From assembly GCA_045106895.1 (NCBI GenBank), contig JBGCFM010000188.1:1-17984 (forward strand): a DNA stretch of 17,984 nt. Direction: 5' to 3'. A model generated the notes under the pieces. The model did not search any database. It was not told the origin of the DNA and saw nothing but the letters and a program-made list of their open reading frames with translations. Positions 1-7,676 of the stretch are shown here, piece after piece. The position numbers and the translations under genes were made by a program. This DNA is from Polyangiales bacterium. Lineage in GTDB: Bacteria; Myxococcota_A; Polyangia; Polyangiales; Houyiibacteriaceae. How positions within the stretch are numbered: position 1 is the first letter of the stretch; each line of letters opens with the position of its first letter.

Positions 1-141
1 GGTTGAGGGGGAAGGCGAAGGCAGCGCTGTTCAGACCAAGGCGCGAGGAGGAGGAATATCTGGATATTTCGACGACGAGCAACGCCGGGCTGAGCAGCGC
101 TGACGAGAAAGCCCCCTCAAGATTTTTGAATCGCACACTAG
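1..141. repeat. Long imperfect palindromic (rod-like hairpin) element, MITE/REP-like; left end probably outside the window
   Basis: Nested inverted repeats: TTGAGGGGG (3-11) with CCCCCTCAA (112-120); CAGCGCTGTTCAG (22-34) with CTGAGCAGCGCTG (90-102, one G-T pair); GGCG (40-43) with CGCC (83-86); apical AATATC-TG-GATATT (55-68). It ends in CACACTAG, where CTA (138-140) is the stop codon of the adjacent gene. Confidence 0.6.
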
Positions 142-794
142 AGACTTCGATTCAAAAGAACCACCGTCGCGCTCGTTTGACGCTTCGCCCACTCGCGAAG
201 AGCGTCTTCGCTCTCCCCCTGAACGATCTGCAGACGGCCCGTCACGTAGGGAAGCGTTTTCTTCCCTTTGCGCCCCCGCATCGCGACTTCGACGGCGGCT
301 TGTCCCGCGTAGATCTCCTCGACGCCATGGCTCTCTTGAACGCGTATGTCCGCGGGGCCCATGCACGCAGCGAAGTGCTTGGACTTGTCGAAACGCGGGC
401 GACGATACTCGAGCAACGCGGGCCCATCGCTACGCCGATGCATCACAAAGGAGAAGCGGCGCACGGCCATCATGCGTAGCGGGCTGACGAGCTGAAAGAA
501 GCGACCCGAGAGCAAGTCGAGGAACGACGAGGCCCTCGGGTAGTTGACGATGAGGAGCGTGTCGCGTCCACCTGCGTCGCCTTGGAGCGTCTCTATGACA
601 ACACCTTTGAAGAGCAGTTTGCCGCCAGTGGCGAAAACACTTCGTGCCGCGAGGGCGCCGTAGAGCTCATAGGCCCAAGGACGCTTCGCGCGAAACCAGT
701 TGATGGCGTAAATGGGCTCGTCGAGCCAGGCCTCGTCACCGAGGCTCTCCATGAACGCGCGGATGCCCGGCGTGATGCTCCGTTCGATGGACAT
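138..794 (-). CDS. DUF1330-like (dimeric alpha+beta barrel) domain protein, 218 aa
   Basis: 3' part of ORF 138..1259. ATG at 794 overlaps the upstream stop (TGATG). Motifs EPIYAINWF...AYELYG...TGGKLLFKG...DTLLIVNYPRASSFLDL...R resemble DUF1330; the C-terminal half is unassigned. Confidence 0.65.
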   Translation of the reverse strand: MSIERSITPGIRAFMESLGDEAWLDEPIYAINWFRAKRPWAYELYGALAARSVFATGGKLLFKGVVIETLQGDAGGRDTLLIVNYPRASSFLDLLSGRFFQLVSPLRMMAVRRFSFVMHRRSDGPALLEYRRPRFDKSKHFAACMGPADIRVQESHGVEEIYAGQAAVEVAMRGRKGKKTLPYVTGRLQIVQGESEDALREWAKRQTSATVVLLNRSL

Positions 795-1714
795 CACGCG
801 ATCTCCAGAGTTTCTAGAGGAATCGCGTATTCCATCACGGAGTCCTCGGACGTGTCGTCGAAGCGATGGTCGTAGAGCTCGAGGTCCGCGCCGTAGCTGT
901 GGCGCTCGCCGCTTCGCGCGAGCCACGCGCTGTAGATGTAGTTCACCGTGTGGTCGAGCATGTGGGAGGCTCCTTTGTGCGTGAACGTAGCGTAGCGAGC
1001 CGCGGGAACCTGCAGCTCGACGAAGCCATTTGTGAGAGGCGCGTTCGCAGGAATGACAACGGCCGCGTGGTAGATGAGCTGCTCCGACTCCGCGCTCTGG
1101 GGCTGGATGACTCCGTAGCAGACCGCGTCGTCCGCATCGCGCCGCGTATCGGCGAGCGCCGGCAGCCGCGCCAAGAATTCGTTCCAGAGCGGCGGCAGTC
1201 GCTCCGCGATATTGTTCCGGTCGGAGTCGACTCCGTAGATCTTGGTGCGTAGACCGCAAAGGCGCATGGCGGGGCGCTCCGTGATGACGGGGTCGCGGGA
1301 GACGTTCTCATGCACATGCATGAGGTAGTCCGCGTCGATGCGCGCCTTCTGCAAGAACAGGCTTTTGTCGCCGATCTTGCGGTAGGCGCCGGGCGTCAGA
1401 CCGAAGGCGCTCTTGAAGGCACGTGTAAACGCCGCCTGCGATTCAAAGCCGGCGTCCATGGCGATCTGAAGGATGCCGACGTTGCTCTTCAAGAGCCGGT
1501 CGAGGGAACGGGCGAGGCGCCGCGAGCGCACGTAGGTCATTAGCGTCTCACCCGTCAGCGCCTTGAAGATGCGCTGAAAATGCCAGTGACTGATGCCCGC
1601 GACCTTCGAGACTTTGGCAAGCGCGAAAGACTCGTCGAGGTGCGACTCGATGTAGTCGATGCCCCGCTGCACTTGCGTGAGGTAACCATCTTCGAGGTAG
1701 CGGGCGGCGCTCAT
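794..1714 (-). CDS. AraC family transcriptional regulator with C-terminal GyrI-like effector-binding domain
   Basis: N-terminal double HTH (GIDYIESHLDE...SHWHFQRIFKALTG...IAMDAGFESQAAFTRAFKSAFGLTPGAYR). C-terminal GyrI-like region (LPPLWNEF...VPAARYATFTHKG...YIYSAWL...DLELYD). Confidence 0.95.
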   Translation of the reverse strand: MSAARYLEDGYLTQVQRGIDYIESHLDESFALAKVSKVAGISHWHFQRIFKALTGETLMTYVRSRRLARSLDRLLKSNVGILQIAMDAGFESQAAFTRAFKSAFGLTPGAYRKIGDKSLFLQKARIDADYLMHVHENVSRDPVITERPAMRLCGLRTKIYGVDSDRNNIAERLPPLWNEFLARLPALADTRRDADDAVCYGVIQPQSAESEQLIYHAAVVIPANAPLTNGFVELQVPAARYATFTHKGASHMLDHTVNYIYSAWLARSGERHSYGADLELYDHRFDDTSEDSVMEYAIPLETLEIA

Positions 1715-2103
1715 CAGGAAGTGGCTTCATCCGGCGTTTCGGAGGGCGTTTCGAAGAAGCCCGTCATGCTCGTGAGCTTACCCTCCTCGTCGTATTCGCC
1801 GTAGCTGATTCCCTCGCCGAGGACGCTCTCGTCGCCGGCGACCATGTCCCACCGGGCGATGCTCTTGCCGTTGTGTGCGAGGAAGAACTTCGTCCGGAAG
1901 TAGCCGCCGGGGACCTGCTTGTGGAACTCCAGCATGTAGCCGATGAGGTCCTCACGGGTGGACACCTGCGCCAGAGGGTCCGTGTACGTCGCGTCTTCAC
2001 GGACAGCGTCCGCGAGAAGCGTTCCCTTTTCTTGCTGGCTCGCTGCTTTCCAAGAAGATGTGTAGGTGTCCCAGGTGGATCGGTAATCGTGCGTCTTCGT
2101 CAT
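1714..2103 (-). CDS. SnoaL-like / NTF2 family protein, 129 aa
   Basis: ATG at 2103 preceded by a GGAGA RBS. WDTYTSSW...ATYTDP...ARWDMV...GISYGEYDEEGKLTSMTGFF is a typical SnoaL-like signature. Stop overlaps the araC start (TGATG). Confidence 0.85.
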   Translation of the reverse strand: MTKTHDYRSTWDTYTSSWKAASQQEKGTLLADAVREDATYTDPLAQVSTREDLIGYMLEFHKQVPGGYFRTKFFLAHNGKSIARWDMVAGDESVLGEGISYGEYDEEGKLTSMTGFFETPSETPDEATS

Positions 2104-2155
2104 GTTGAGTCTCCATTGTGCGCCGCTTGAAGTGCAGCGCTTGAGAACCCAACTT

Positions 2156-2170
2156 GGACGAAGTTCGTCC
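2156..2170. promoter_or_regulatory. Perfect 7-1-7 palindrome upstream of the snoaL-araC operon, candidate regulator site
   Basis: GGACGAA-G-TTCGTCC, about 50 bp upstream of the snoaL-like start. Confidence 0.35.
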
Positions 2171-2205
2171 CCCGGTTTTGACATTCCGTGCGAATCGAAC
2201 GCACC

Positions 2206-2808
2206 TCAGTTCTTTCGCCAGTGCGCAAAGGACGTGCGCGTCAGCGCCTCCACCTGTTCCGGTGTCCTGATCAGGTCCGGCGGAACGCGCCCGTCTAGAA
2301 TCAACATCGAGAGACCGTGAACCAAGCTCCAGAACGCGAAGGCCGCGCCGAGGGATTCTTCTTCGCTTGTGCCATCGATCTTCGCCGCCGTCGCATGAAG
2401 CAACTCGAAGGCAGCGCCCGATGCCGCGAGGTCTTCTTCGCTCGCCGCGGACTTGTCGAGCTCGCTGGCGAACATGAGACGGTGGTGCTCCGGGTGTTTG
2501 ATCGCGAACTGCACATAGGCCACGCCATAAGCGTCGAGCTGCTCGCACGGGTCGCTCAACGTTTTCATCGCGGCCTCGCCAGCGTCCGTCAGCCAGCGAA
2601 AGCCCTGACATGCGAGGGCCACCAAGAGCGCATCCTTGCTGGCGAAGTGACGGTATGGAGCCGCATGAGAAACGCCTGCGCGACGCGCACATTCGCGCAG
2701 GCTGAGCCCTTGCCCTCCGCGCTCTCGAATGATGTCCACGGCGGCGCTGAGAAGCTCCGAGCGCAGGTCGCCGTGGTGGTAGGGCGACGACTTTTTCGGC
2801 GGGCTCAT
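2206..2808 (-). CDS. TetR/AcrR family transcriptional regulator (WHG-type C-terminal domain), 200 aa
   Basis: MSPPKKSSPYHHGDLR...LSLRECARRAGVSHAAPYRHFASKDALL HTH; C-terminal FWSLVHGL motif. Start set to ATG 2808 because the longer ORF start would run through the operator and overlap the divergent gene. Confidence 0.93.
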   Translation of the reverse strand: MSPPKKSSPYHHGDLRSELLSAAVDIIRERGGQGLSLRECARRAGVSHAAPYRHFASKDALLVALACQGFRWLTDAGEAAMKTLSDPCEQLDAYGVAYVQFAIKHPEHHRLMFASELDKSAASEEDLAASGAAFELLHATAAKIDGTSEEESLGAAFAFWSLVHGLSMLILDGRVPPDLIRTPEQVEALTRTSFAHWRKN

Positions 2809-2825
2809 AGGTCGAGCATAGCGCA

Positions 2826-2872
2826 CATGTTGACACCGACAACATTGCGAGTATGTTGTCAGTGTCAACATG
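2826..2872. promoter_or_regulatory. Double TetR-type operator overlapping divergent sigma70-like promoters
   Basis: 20-bp inverted repeat with 1 mismatch and a 7-bp spacer: CATGTTGACACCGACAACAT (2826-2845) and ATGTTGTCAGTGTCAACATG (2853-2872). Each arm is ATGTTG-N7-CAACAT. TTGACA occurs on + (2830-2835) and on - (2863-2868). Confidence 0.8.
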
Positions 2873-2887
2873 GCTAAAGGGACTAAA

Positions 2888-3379
2888 ATGACTGCAATTC
2901 GAAAAGAACGACTCACCGTGAAGCAAAGCGAAGGCTTCGTGGTGTTCCTCATTGGTGCGCGAGCGAATCACTGGTGGAACCTGCCAGTTCTCTGGATGGT
3001 GGCCCGAGCGATGAGCCGCATGATGGGCGAGCTCGCCGCGGACCCGGAGTCGGGCCTCCTCTCCCACGTGAGCTACGGCGGCCGAACCACGCTCTCCGTC
3101 CAGTATTGGCGCTCGGCGGAGCACCTCATGCGCTACGCGAAGGACAAGGAAAAGCAGCACGTCCCCGCGTGGCGCCAGTGGATCAAAAAGTGGGGCGAAG
3201 GCGCCATCGGCATCTGGCACGAGACCTACGTCGTCGAGCCCGGCACCTACGAGTGTGTCTACCACCACATGCCTCCTTTCGGTCTTGGCAAGGTGGGCCC
3301 TTTGGTCCCCGCCGAGGGCAAGCTGAAGACCGCCCGCGGACGCCTCGGGTTGTCGTCCGCCAGCGTCGCGTCAGAGTGA
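2888..3379 (+). CDS. DUF4188 domain-containing protein (putative monooxygenase/dehydratase-like)
   Basis: FVVFLIGAR.NHWW...M.RMM.EL...SGLL...VQYWRS.EHL.RYA...HVPAW...IGIWHETYVVEPGTYECVY..MPPFGL is the DUF4188 signature. ATG 2888 has an AAAGGGA RBS; alternative ATG 2870 lies inside the operator. Confidence 0.88.
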   Translation: MTAIRKERLTVKQSEGFVVFLIGARANHWWNLPVLWMVARAMSRMMGELAADPESGLLSHVSYGGRTTLSVQYWRSAEHLMRYAKDKEKQHVPAWRQWIKKWGEGAIGIWHETYVVEPGTYECVYHHMPPFGLGKVGPLVPAEGKLKTARGRLGLSSASVASE

Positions 3380-3397
3380 GCTCGAAGGAGAGCCCGA

Positions 3398-3727
3398 ATG
3401 AGGAAACTTCACATCGCCCTATCGACGAGCCGCATCGAAGACACCATCGCCGACTACAGCGCGCGCCTCGGCGTGGAGCCGTGCTCCTTTGTCGCGGGCG
3501 AGTACGCGCTCTGGCGAACCGAGAGCCTCAACCTCTCCATTCGCCATGACCCTACCTGTCCCGCCGGCACACTGAGGCACTTGGGCTGGGAGGACCCCGA
3601 CGCCGCGACCTCCAGCGAAGACGTCGACGTCAATGGCATCACCTGGGAACGCTTCAGCGCCGAGCAGCAAGCGGGCGAGATCAACGCGCTATGGCCTGAA
3701 GCCAAGTACAGCCCGTCTGACGACTAG
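3398..3727 (+). CDS. VOC/glyoxalase-like fold protein
   Basis: MRKLHIALST...DYSARLG...YALWR...NLSI...LRHLGWED...DVNGITWE. AAGGAG RBS; 18 bp after the DUF4188 gene. Confidence 0.7.
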   Translation: MRKLHIALSTSRIEDTIADYSARLGVEPCSFVAGEYALWRTESLNLSIRHDPTCPAGTLRHLGWEDPDAATSSEDVDVNGITWERFSAEQQAGEINALWPEAKYSPSDD

Positions 3728-3744
3728 CGCTTCTGAAACGCACG

Positions 3745-4173
3745 TCAGTCGACGATTTGAATGAGCTCCACGTCGAAGACCAGCATGCCCGCGGGCCGAT
3801 TGGGCTGTCCGCCGTAGGCCAACGCCTCCGGAATCCACAGGCGGCGCTCCTCTCCTTCCACCATAAGCTGCAGCCCCTCGGTCCAGCCTGCGATGACAGC
3901 GTCCAGCGGGAACTCGATGCTCTCGCCGCGAGCCACGGACGAATCGAACATCTCGCCGTCCGTCGTCCAGCCCGTGTAATGAACCTCCACCGTGCTTGTA
4001 GCGCTCGGGTGTGCCGTCCCCGTTCCGGCGACGAGAACGCGGCTTGCGAGGCCCGACGCTGTTCGCTCAGCATCCGCCGGCGGCGCCGCCACATCCGCCG
4101 GGGCGGGGATGGGTTCGGTGCAGCCCGCGATGAGGGAAAAGAGGAGGGACGCAGACAAGACGATGGAGCGCAT
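3745..4173 (-). CDS. FKBP-type peptidyl-prolyl cis-trans isomerase, probable lipoprotein
   Basis: VEVHYTGWTTDGEMFDSS...FPLDAVIAGWTEGLQLM..GEERRLWIPEALAYG...MLVFDVELI. Signal peptide with lipobox LIAGC. Start is ATG 4173 or 4182. Confidence 0.95.
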   Translation of the reverse strand: MRSIVLSASLLFSLIAGCTEPIPAPADVAAPPADAERTASGLASRVLVAGTGTAHPSATSTVEVHYTGWTTDGEMFDSSVARGESIEFPLDAVIAGWTEGLQLMVEGEERRLWIPEALAYGGQPNRPAGMLVFDVELIQIVD

Positions 4174-4245
4174 CCATAACATTTCCACGCCAACAGCGAC
4201 GGTCAACCCAAGAGCCACAACGTGCGGCCCTCACGACGCTCGGAG

Positions 4246-4899
4246 CTACATCTGCTGCGAGAAGCGGCTTCGGATCTCAATAAGTGCGTCGAGTTCATCG
4301 CGAAAGCCGCGGTCGTAGGATGACCAGTTCTCGGAGTTCTCTTCGCGCACCTCCACCTGGTACTTGATGCGCCAGCGAAGAGGCGTTTGTCCCACAACGT
4401 TTCCGACGAAGCGGCGGCGAACGCTTACGCCTGGGTAGCTTCGCTCTCTCCACGCCGAGCGAATAAAGCCGCTGCCTTGGTCGAGCATCTCCATTTCGAA
4501 GTCTTGCCCCGCGATAGCGGCGACGATGGTGGACCACCAGCTGCCGTCTGCTTCGGCCGCTTCGGACACCTCCATCGTTAGCCAGCGGTTGATGATCTGA
4601 TTGCTGTCCTCGACCGTCGCTCGATAGAGTTCGTCCACGGGAACCAAGATCTCCAGTGTGTCAGGCGTCCCGGCTCCAATCTGCGCCGTCGTTGTGAGCC
4701 AACCCGGTCCGGCATCAACCGTTGCAACAGCGCTCTCCGGGCGCTCGACGCGAACGGTGCCGTTTCCAACGGCGGATCCATTGAGCGAGACCTGGGCCTG
4801 CGAGAGCACAGAGTGGTTGGAGTCGATGGGAACGATGTTGAGGTAAGAACCACAGCCGACGGCAAAGAAGCTCGCGCTCAAGAAAAGAAGAGTTCGCAT
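4246..4899 (-). CDS. Hypothetical lipoprotein, 217 aa
   Basis: MRTLLFLSASFFAVGC lipoprotein signal from ATG 4899. Beta-rich N-terminal part followed by an alpha/beta C-terminal domain. Confidence 0.75.
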   Translation of the reverse strand: MRTLLFLSASFFAVGCGSYLNIVPIDSNHSVLSQAQVSLNGSAVGNGTVRVERPESAVATVDAGPGWLTTTAQIGAGTPDTLEILVPVDELYRATVEDSNQIINRWLTMEVSEAAEADGSWWSTIVAAIAGQDFEMEMLDQGSGFIRSAWRERSYPGVSVRRRFVGNVVGQTPLRWRIKYQVEVREENSENWSSYDRGFRDELDALIEIRSRFSQQM

Positions 4900-5124
4900 A
4901 AGAATTTCTCGAAGTTGGATGACAGAAGAAACGTCGCGACGTGACCGCAGCGACGAGCATCTATGCGCGAGCCCTGTGTTCAGCGCCCCTTCGAGTGTCA
5001 TACGCCGTATGGAACTCTGGGCTCTCACGCGCGTCGGCTAGTCGGCAAGTCGCCCCTTCGCGGATTTGACTTCGGCGCCCTCGCTCGCAACCCTTCACTT
5101 GCGCGCGTCGCGCTGGGGGTAGGG

Positions 5125-5991
5125 ATGTTGTGTCGTTCAGTTCATGCCGCGTTGGCACTTCTGCTTGCTGGCTGCAGCGGCGCCGGCTCTGAGAGCGCTC
5201 AGCCACCGGAGAGTTCAGGGGGCGTGGCGCATGTCGTCGTTCCTGCTCCTCCGGAGAGCGCGAGCGAAGAAGACACACACGGCGAGGGAACGGAACACCA
5301 GCGAAGCACTGTGACTGAGGCCAGAGCGACGGGCATCTACGTGGAAGCCACTCCGATGACCACGGACCCCCGCGTGATGCGACAAGCGGCGGCTCAGTTC
5401 CAAAGAGCCGACGCAGGCTTTGCTCAGTACGCCATGCTCGCGATCCACATTCCTCGACCGGCAAACCTGTCGGCGTACATTCAATCGCTCCGCGTCCAGG
5501 TCATGCAACACTCTCAGGCGGCGCAGGCTCTTCACTCCGACTATGAGGCGGTCCAAGAGTTTCATACCGCGCATTGGAGTGTCGCTGCACTCAGCCAACA
5601 AGGCCGAGTCCAGGAAGTTCTGGCGGACGCGATCCGCACCATCAACGTGCCCTTTGTGTTGCCCGCGGCGGTTCAGCAACAGCTGGCGGGGCAACAGATT
5701 GGCGCAGCGACGCGAGCTCAACTCCACGCGCAAATCACCTCGACGGTTCAACAGGTGCTCGACGCATTGAGTCGCCCAATGCAGTGCCTGGCGCTGGTGC
5801 GCTACGTGAAAGCTGTTCGTCTCGCGCGCGTCGCATCGCCCGGCGGTCCAATGGTCAACGAACCCCACTCCAAGTTCGCCTTGGGGCGCCTGAATGCGGT
5901 CCCACATGCGACGCTCGAAGACTGCATGCGGGAGGCCCGAACACAGGACCCCTCACTGAGACCCATCGCCCCGGGTGAGTTCCGTCCCTGA
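5125..5991 (+). CDS. Hypothetical lipoprotein with helical domain resembling the C-terminus of myxobacterial gliding TPR proteins, 288 aa
   Basis: MLCRSVHAALALLLAGC lipobox from ATG 5125 (G-rich RBS), a low-complexity linker, then YEAV...HWSVAALSQQGRVQEVLADAIRTINVP. Confidence 0.7.
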   Translation: MLCRSVHAALALLLAGCSGAGSESAQPPESSGGVAHVVVPAPPESASEEDTHGEGTEHQRSTVTEARATGIYVEATPMTTDPRVMRQAAAQFQRADAGFAQYAMLAIHIPRPANLSAYIQSLRVQVMQHSQAAQALHSDYEAVQEFHTAHWSVAALSQQGRVQEVLADAIRTINVPFVLPAAVQQQLAGQQIGAATRAQLHAQITSTVQQVLDALSRPMQCLALVRYVKAVRLARVASPGGPMVNEPHSKFALGRLNAVPHATLEDCMREARTQDPSLRPIAPGEFRP

Positions 5992-6019
5992 TGGCTGAAG
6001 AAGCCCGTACTTAGCGACG

Positions 6020-6214
6020 TTATTCAGAGCCCATTTCAGATGGGGAGACCACTTCTTTGATGGTCCAAAGGAGACCCACGACTACCCCAAAATATCCAAC
6101 GTACGCGACGGGAATACCGTTCCAGGTCGTCTCGAAGTTCGGCGTGAGGATAGGAACGACGGAGAGCACAACTCCGCAAACGAAGAGTAGGACCGGAATC
6201 GTAAACCGCTTCAT
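6020..6214 (-). CDS. Small membrane protein (two hydrophobic segments), 64 aa
   Basis: Two hydrophobic stretches ([39 protein letters not shown]). Fits in the gap between neighbours, 42 bp downstream of sdaA. Confidence 0.65.
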   Translation of the reverse strand: MKRFTIPVLLFVCGVVLSVVPILTPNFETTWNGIPVAYVGYFGVVVGLLWTIKEVVSPSEMGSE

Positions 6215-6256
6215 GACGGACCTATACGCATAGCGGTCCGCGTTCTTCCTTCGTTT

Positions 6257-7639
6257 TCAGCACTCGATGATGTGCACCGCGAGTCCGCCGCGCGCCGTCT
6301 CTTTGTACTTCGTCTTCATGTCGGCGCCGGTCTGACGCATGGTCTCGATGACCTGGTCGAGGCTCACCTTCTGCTCGCCGGTGCCGCGAAGAGCGAGGCG
6401 TGCTGCGTTGATGGCTTTTACGGCGCCCATGGCGTTGCGCTCGATGCACGGCCCCTGCACGAGTCCTCCCACGGGGACGCAGGTCAGGCCTAGGTTGTGC
6501 TCAAGACCAATCTCCGCCGCAGCTTCGACCTGTGCCGGGTTGCCGCCGAGCACCTCGCAAAGGCCCGCCGCCGCCATCGCGCAGGCCACGCCGACTTCGC
6601 CCTGACAGCCCACTTCGGCTCCGCTGATGGATGCGTTGGTCTTGGCGATGAGACCGATGGCGGCGGCGGTGAGAAGAAAGCGCCGTACGCCCTCGATGTC
6701 GCCGCCTGGGCAGAAACGTTCGTAGTAGTGCAGGACAGCCGGAAGGATCCCCGCAGCGCCGTTCGTTGGCGCCGTCACCACACGCCCGCCCGCAGCGTTC
6801 TCTTCGTTCACGGCAAGGGCATAGAGGTTCACCCAGTCGAGGACACGCAAGGGATCGCCCTCGGCTTCGTGGCGGAGCTGCCGGAGAAGAGCCGGCGCGC
6901 GTCGCCGCACTCGTAGTCCGCCGGGGAGAATGCCCTCACGCTCACAGCCGCGCTTCACGCAGCCTTTCATCACGGCCCACAGTCGGTCGAGGCGCGCGTC
7001 GATCTCCGCGTCGCTGCGCCAGGAGTTCTCGTTTCTCCGCATGAGCGTCGAGATGCTCAGGCCATGCTCCGTGCACTGAGCCGAGAGTTCATCTCCAGAG
7101 CCAAACGGGTAGGCGACGGTCGCCGCCTGCGGCGCGATGACGTTGCGGGTCTCGTCGAGGACGAAGCCGCCGCCGACGGAATAGTAGATGCGCTCTTCGA
7201 GGGCTTCTCCGGCGGCGTTCAGTGCCGCGAAGCGCATGCCGTTGGCGTGCCCCGGCAAGCTCTGCCTCTTGCGGAAGAGCAAGTCTTCGCGAAGCGAAAA
7301 ACGAATGGTCGGCGCCGTCTCTCCCATCGCGGACTCACCACCGAGGCGGACTTCCTTCGCCGCCTGAACCTCGTCCATGCGCGCAGGGATTACGTCCGGG
7401 TCGATGTGTTCCGGGTCGTAGCCGAGAAGCCCCATGACCACAGCGCGGTCGCTGCCATGCCCGCGTCCAGTAGCGCCGAGAGAACCAAAGAGCTCAACGC
7501 GCACGCGCGCGACCTTCGCGAGTACGTCAGCGTTGTGAAGACGCTCCACGAACAAACTGGCGGCGCGCATAGGACCGACCGTGTGCGAAGACGACGGGCC
7601 GATGCCGATACTGAATAGATCGAATGTGCTCACCTGCAT
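6257..7639 (-). CDS. sdaA: L-serine ammonia-lyase (Fe-S dependent L-serine dehydratase, single chain)
   Basis: [102 protein letters not shown]. Confidence 0.97.
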   Translation of the reverse strand: MQVSTFDLFSIGIGPSSSHTVGPMRAASLFVERLHNADVLAKVARVRVELFGSLGATGRGHGSDRAVVMGLLGYDPEHIDPDVIPARMDEVQAAKEVRLGGESAMGETAPTIRFSLREDLLFRKRQSLPGHANGMRFAALNAAGEALEERIYYSVGGGFVLDETRNVIAPQAATVAYPFGSGDELSAQCTEHGLSISTLMRRNENSWRSDAEIDARLDRLWAVMKGCVKRGCEREGILPGGLRVRRRAPALLRQLRHEAEGDPLRVLDWVNLYALAVNEENAAGGRVVTAPTNGAAGILPAVLHYYERFCPGGDIEGVRRFLLTAAAIGLIAKTNASISGAEVGCQGEVGVACAMAAAGLCEVLGGNPAQVEAAAEIGLEHNLGLTCVPVGGLVQGPCIERNAMGAVKAINAARLALRGTGEQKVSLDQVIETMRQTGADMKTKYKETARGGLAVHIIEC

Positions 7640-7676
7640 GGCCAGTCCTTTCGCAAACCTCTAAGCCGGTGGTGGG

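Noticed and set aside
1..120. 6S RNA or SRP RNA as the identity of the long hairpin
   Set aside because: No SRP domain IV motif is visible, and the apical loop is tiny with no recognisable 6S consensus. A palindromic repeat fits better, though an Rfam search is needed to exclude it fully.
795..1259. N-terminal extension of ORF 138..1259
   Set aside because: Overlaps the AraC gene out of frame and is Arg/Ala-rich shadow sequence; the coupled ATG at 794 is the better start.
1997..3268. 423-aa minus-strand ORF
   Set aside because: Overlaps tetR and snoaL out of frame and is antisense to DUF4188; no recognisable motifs.
4931..5011. Short palindromes ACGTCGCGACGT (4931-4942) and CATACG-C-CGTATG (4999-5011) in the divergent intergenic region
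   Set aside because: Short, unrelated to each other and expected by chance in high-GC DNA.
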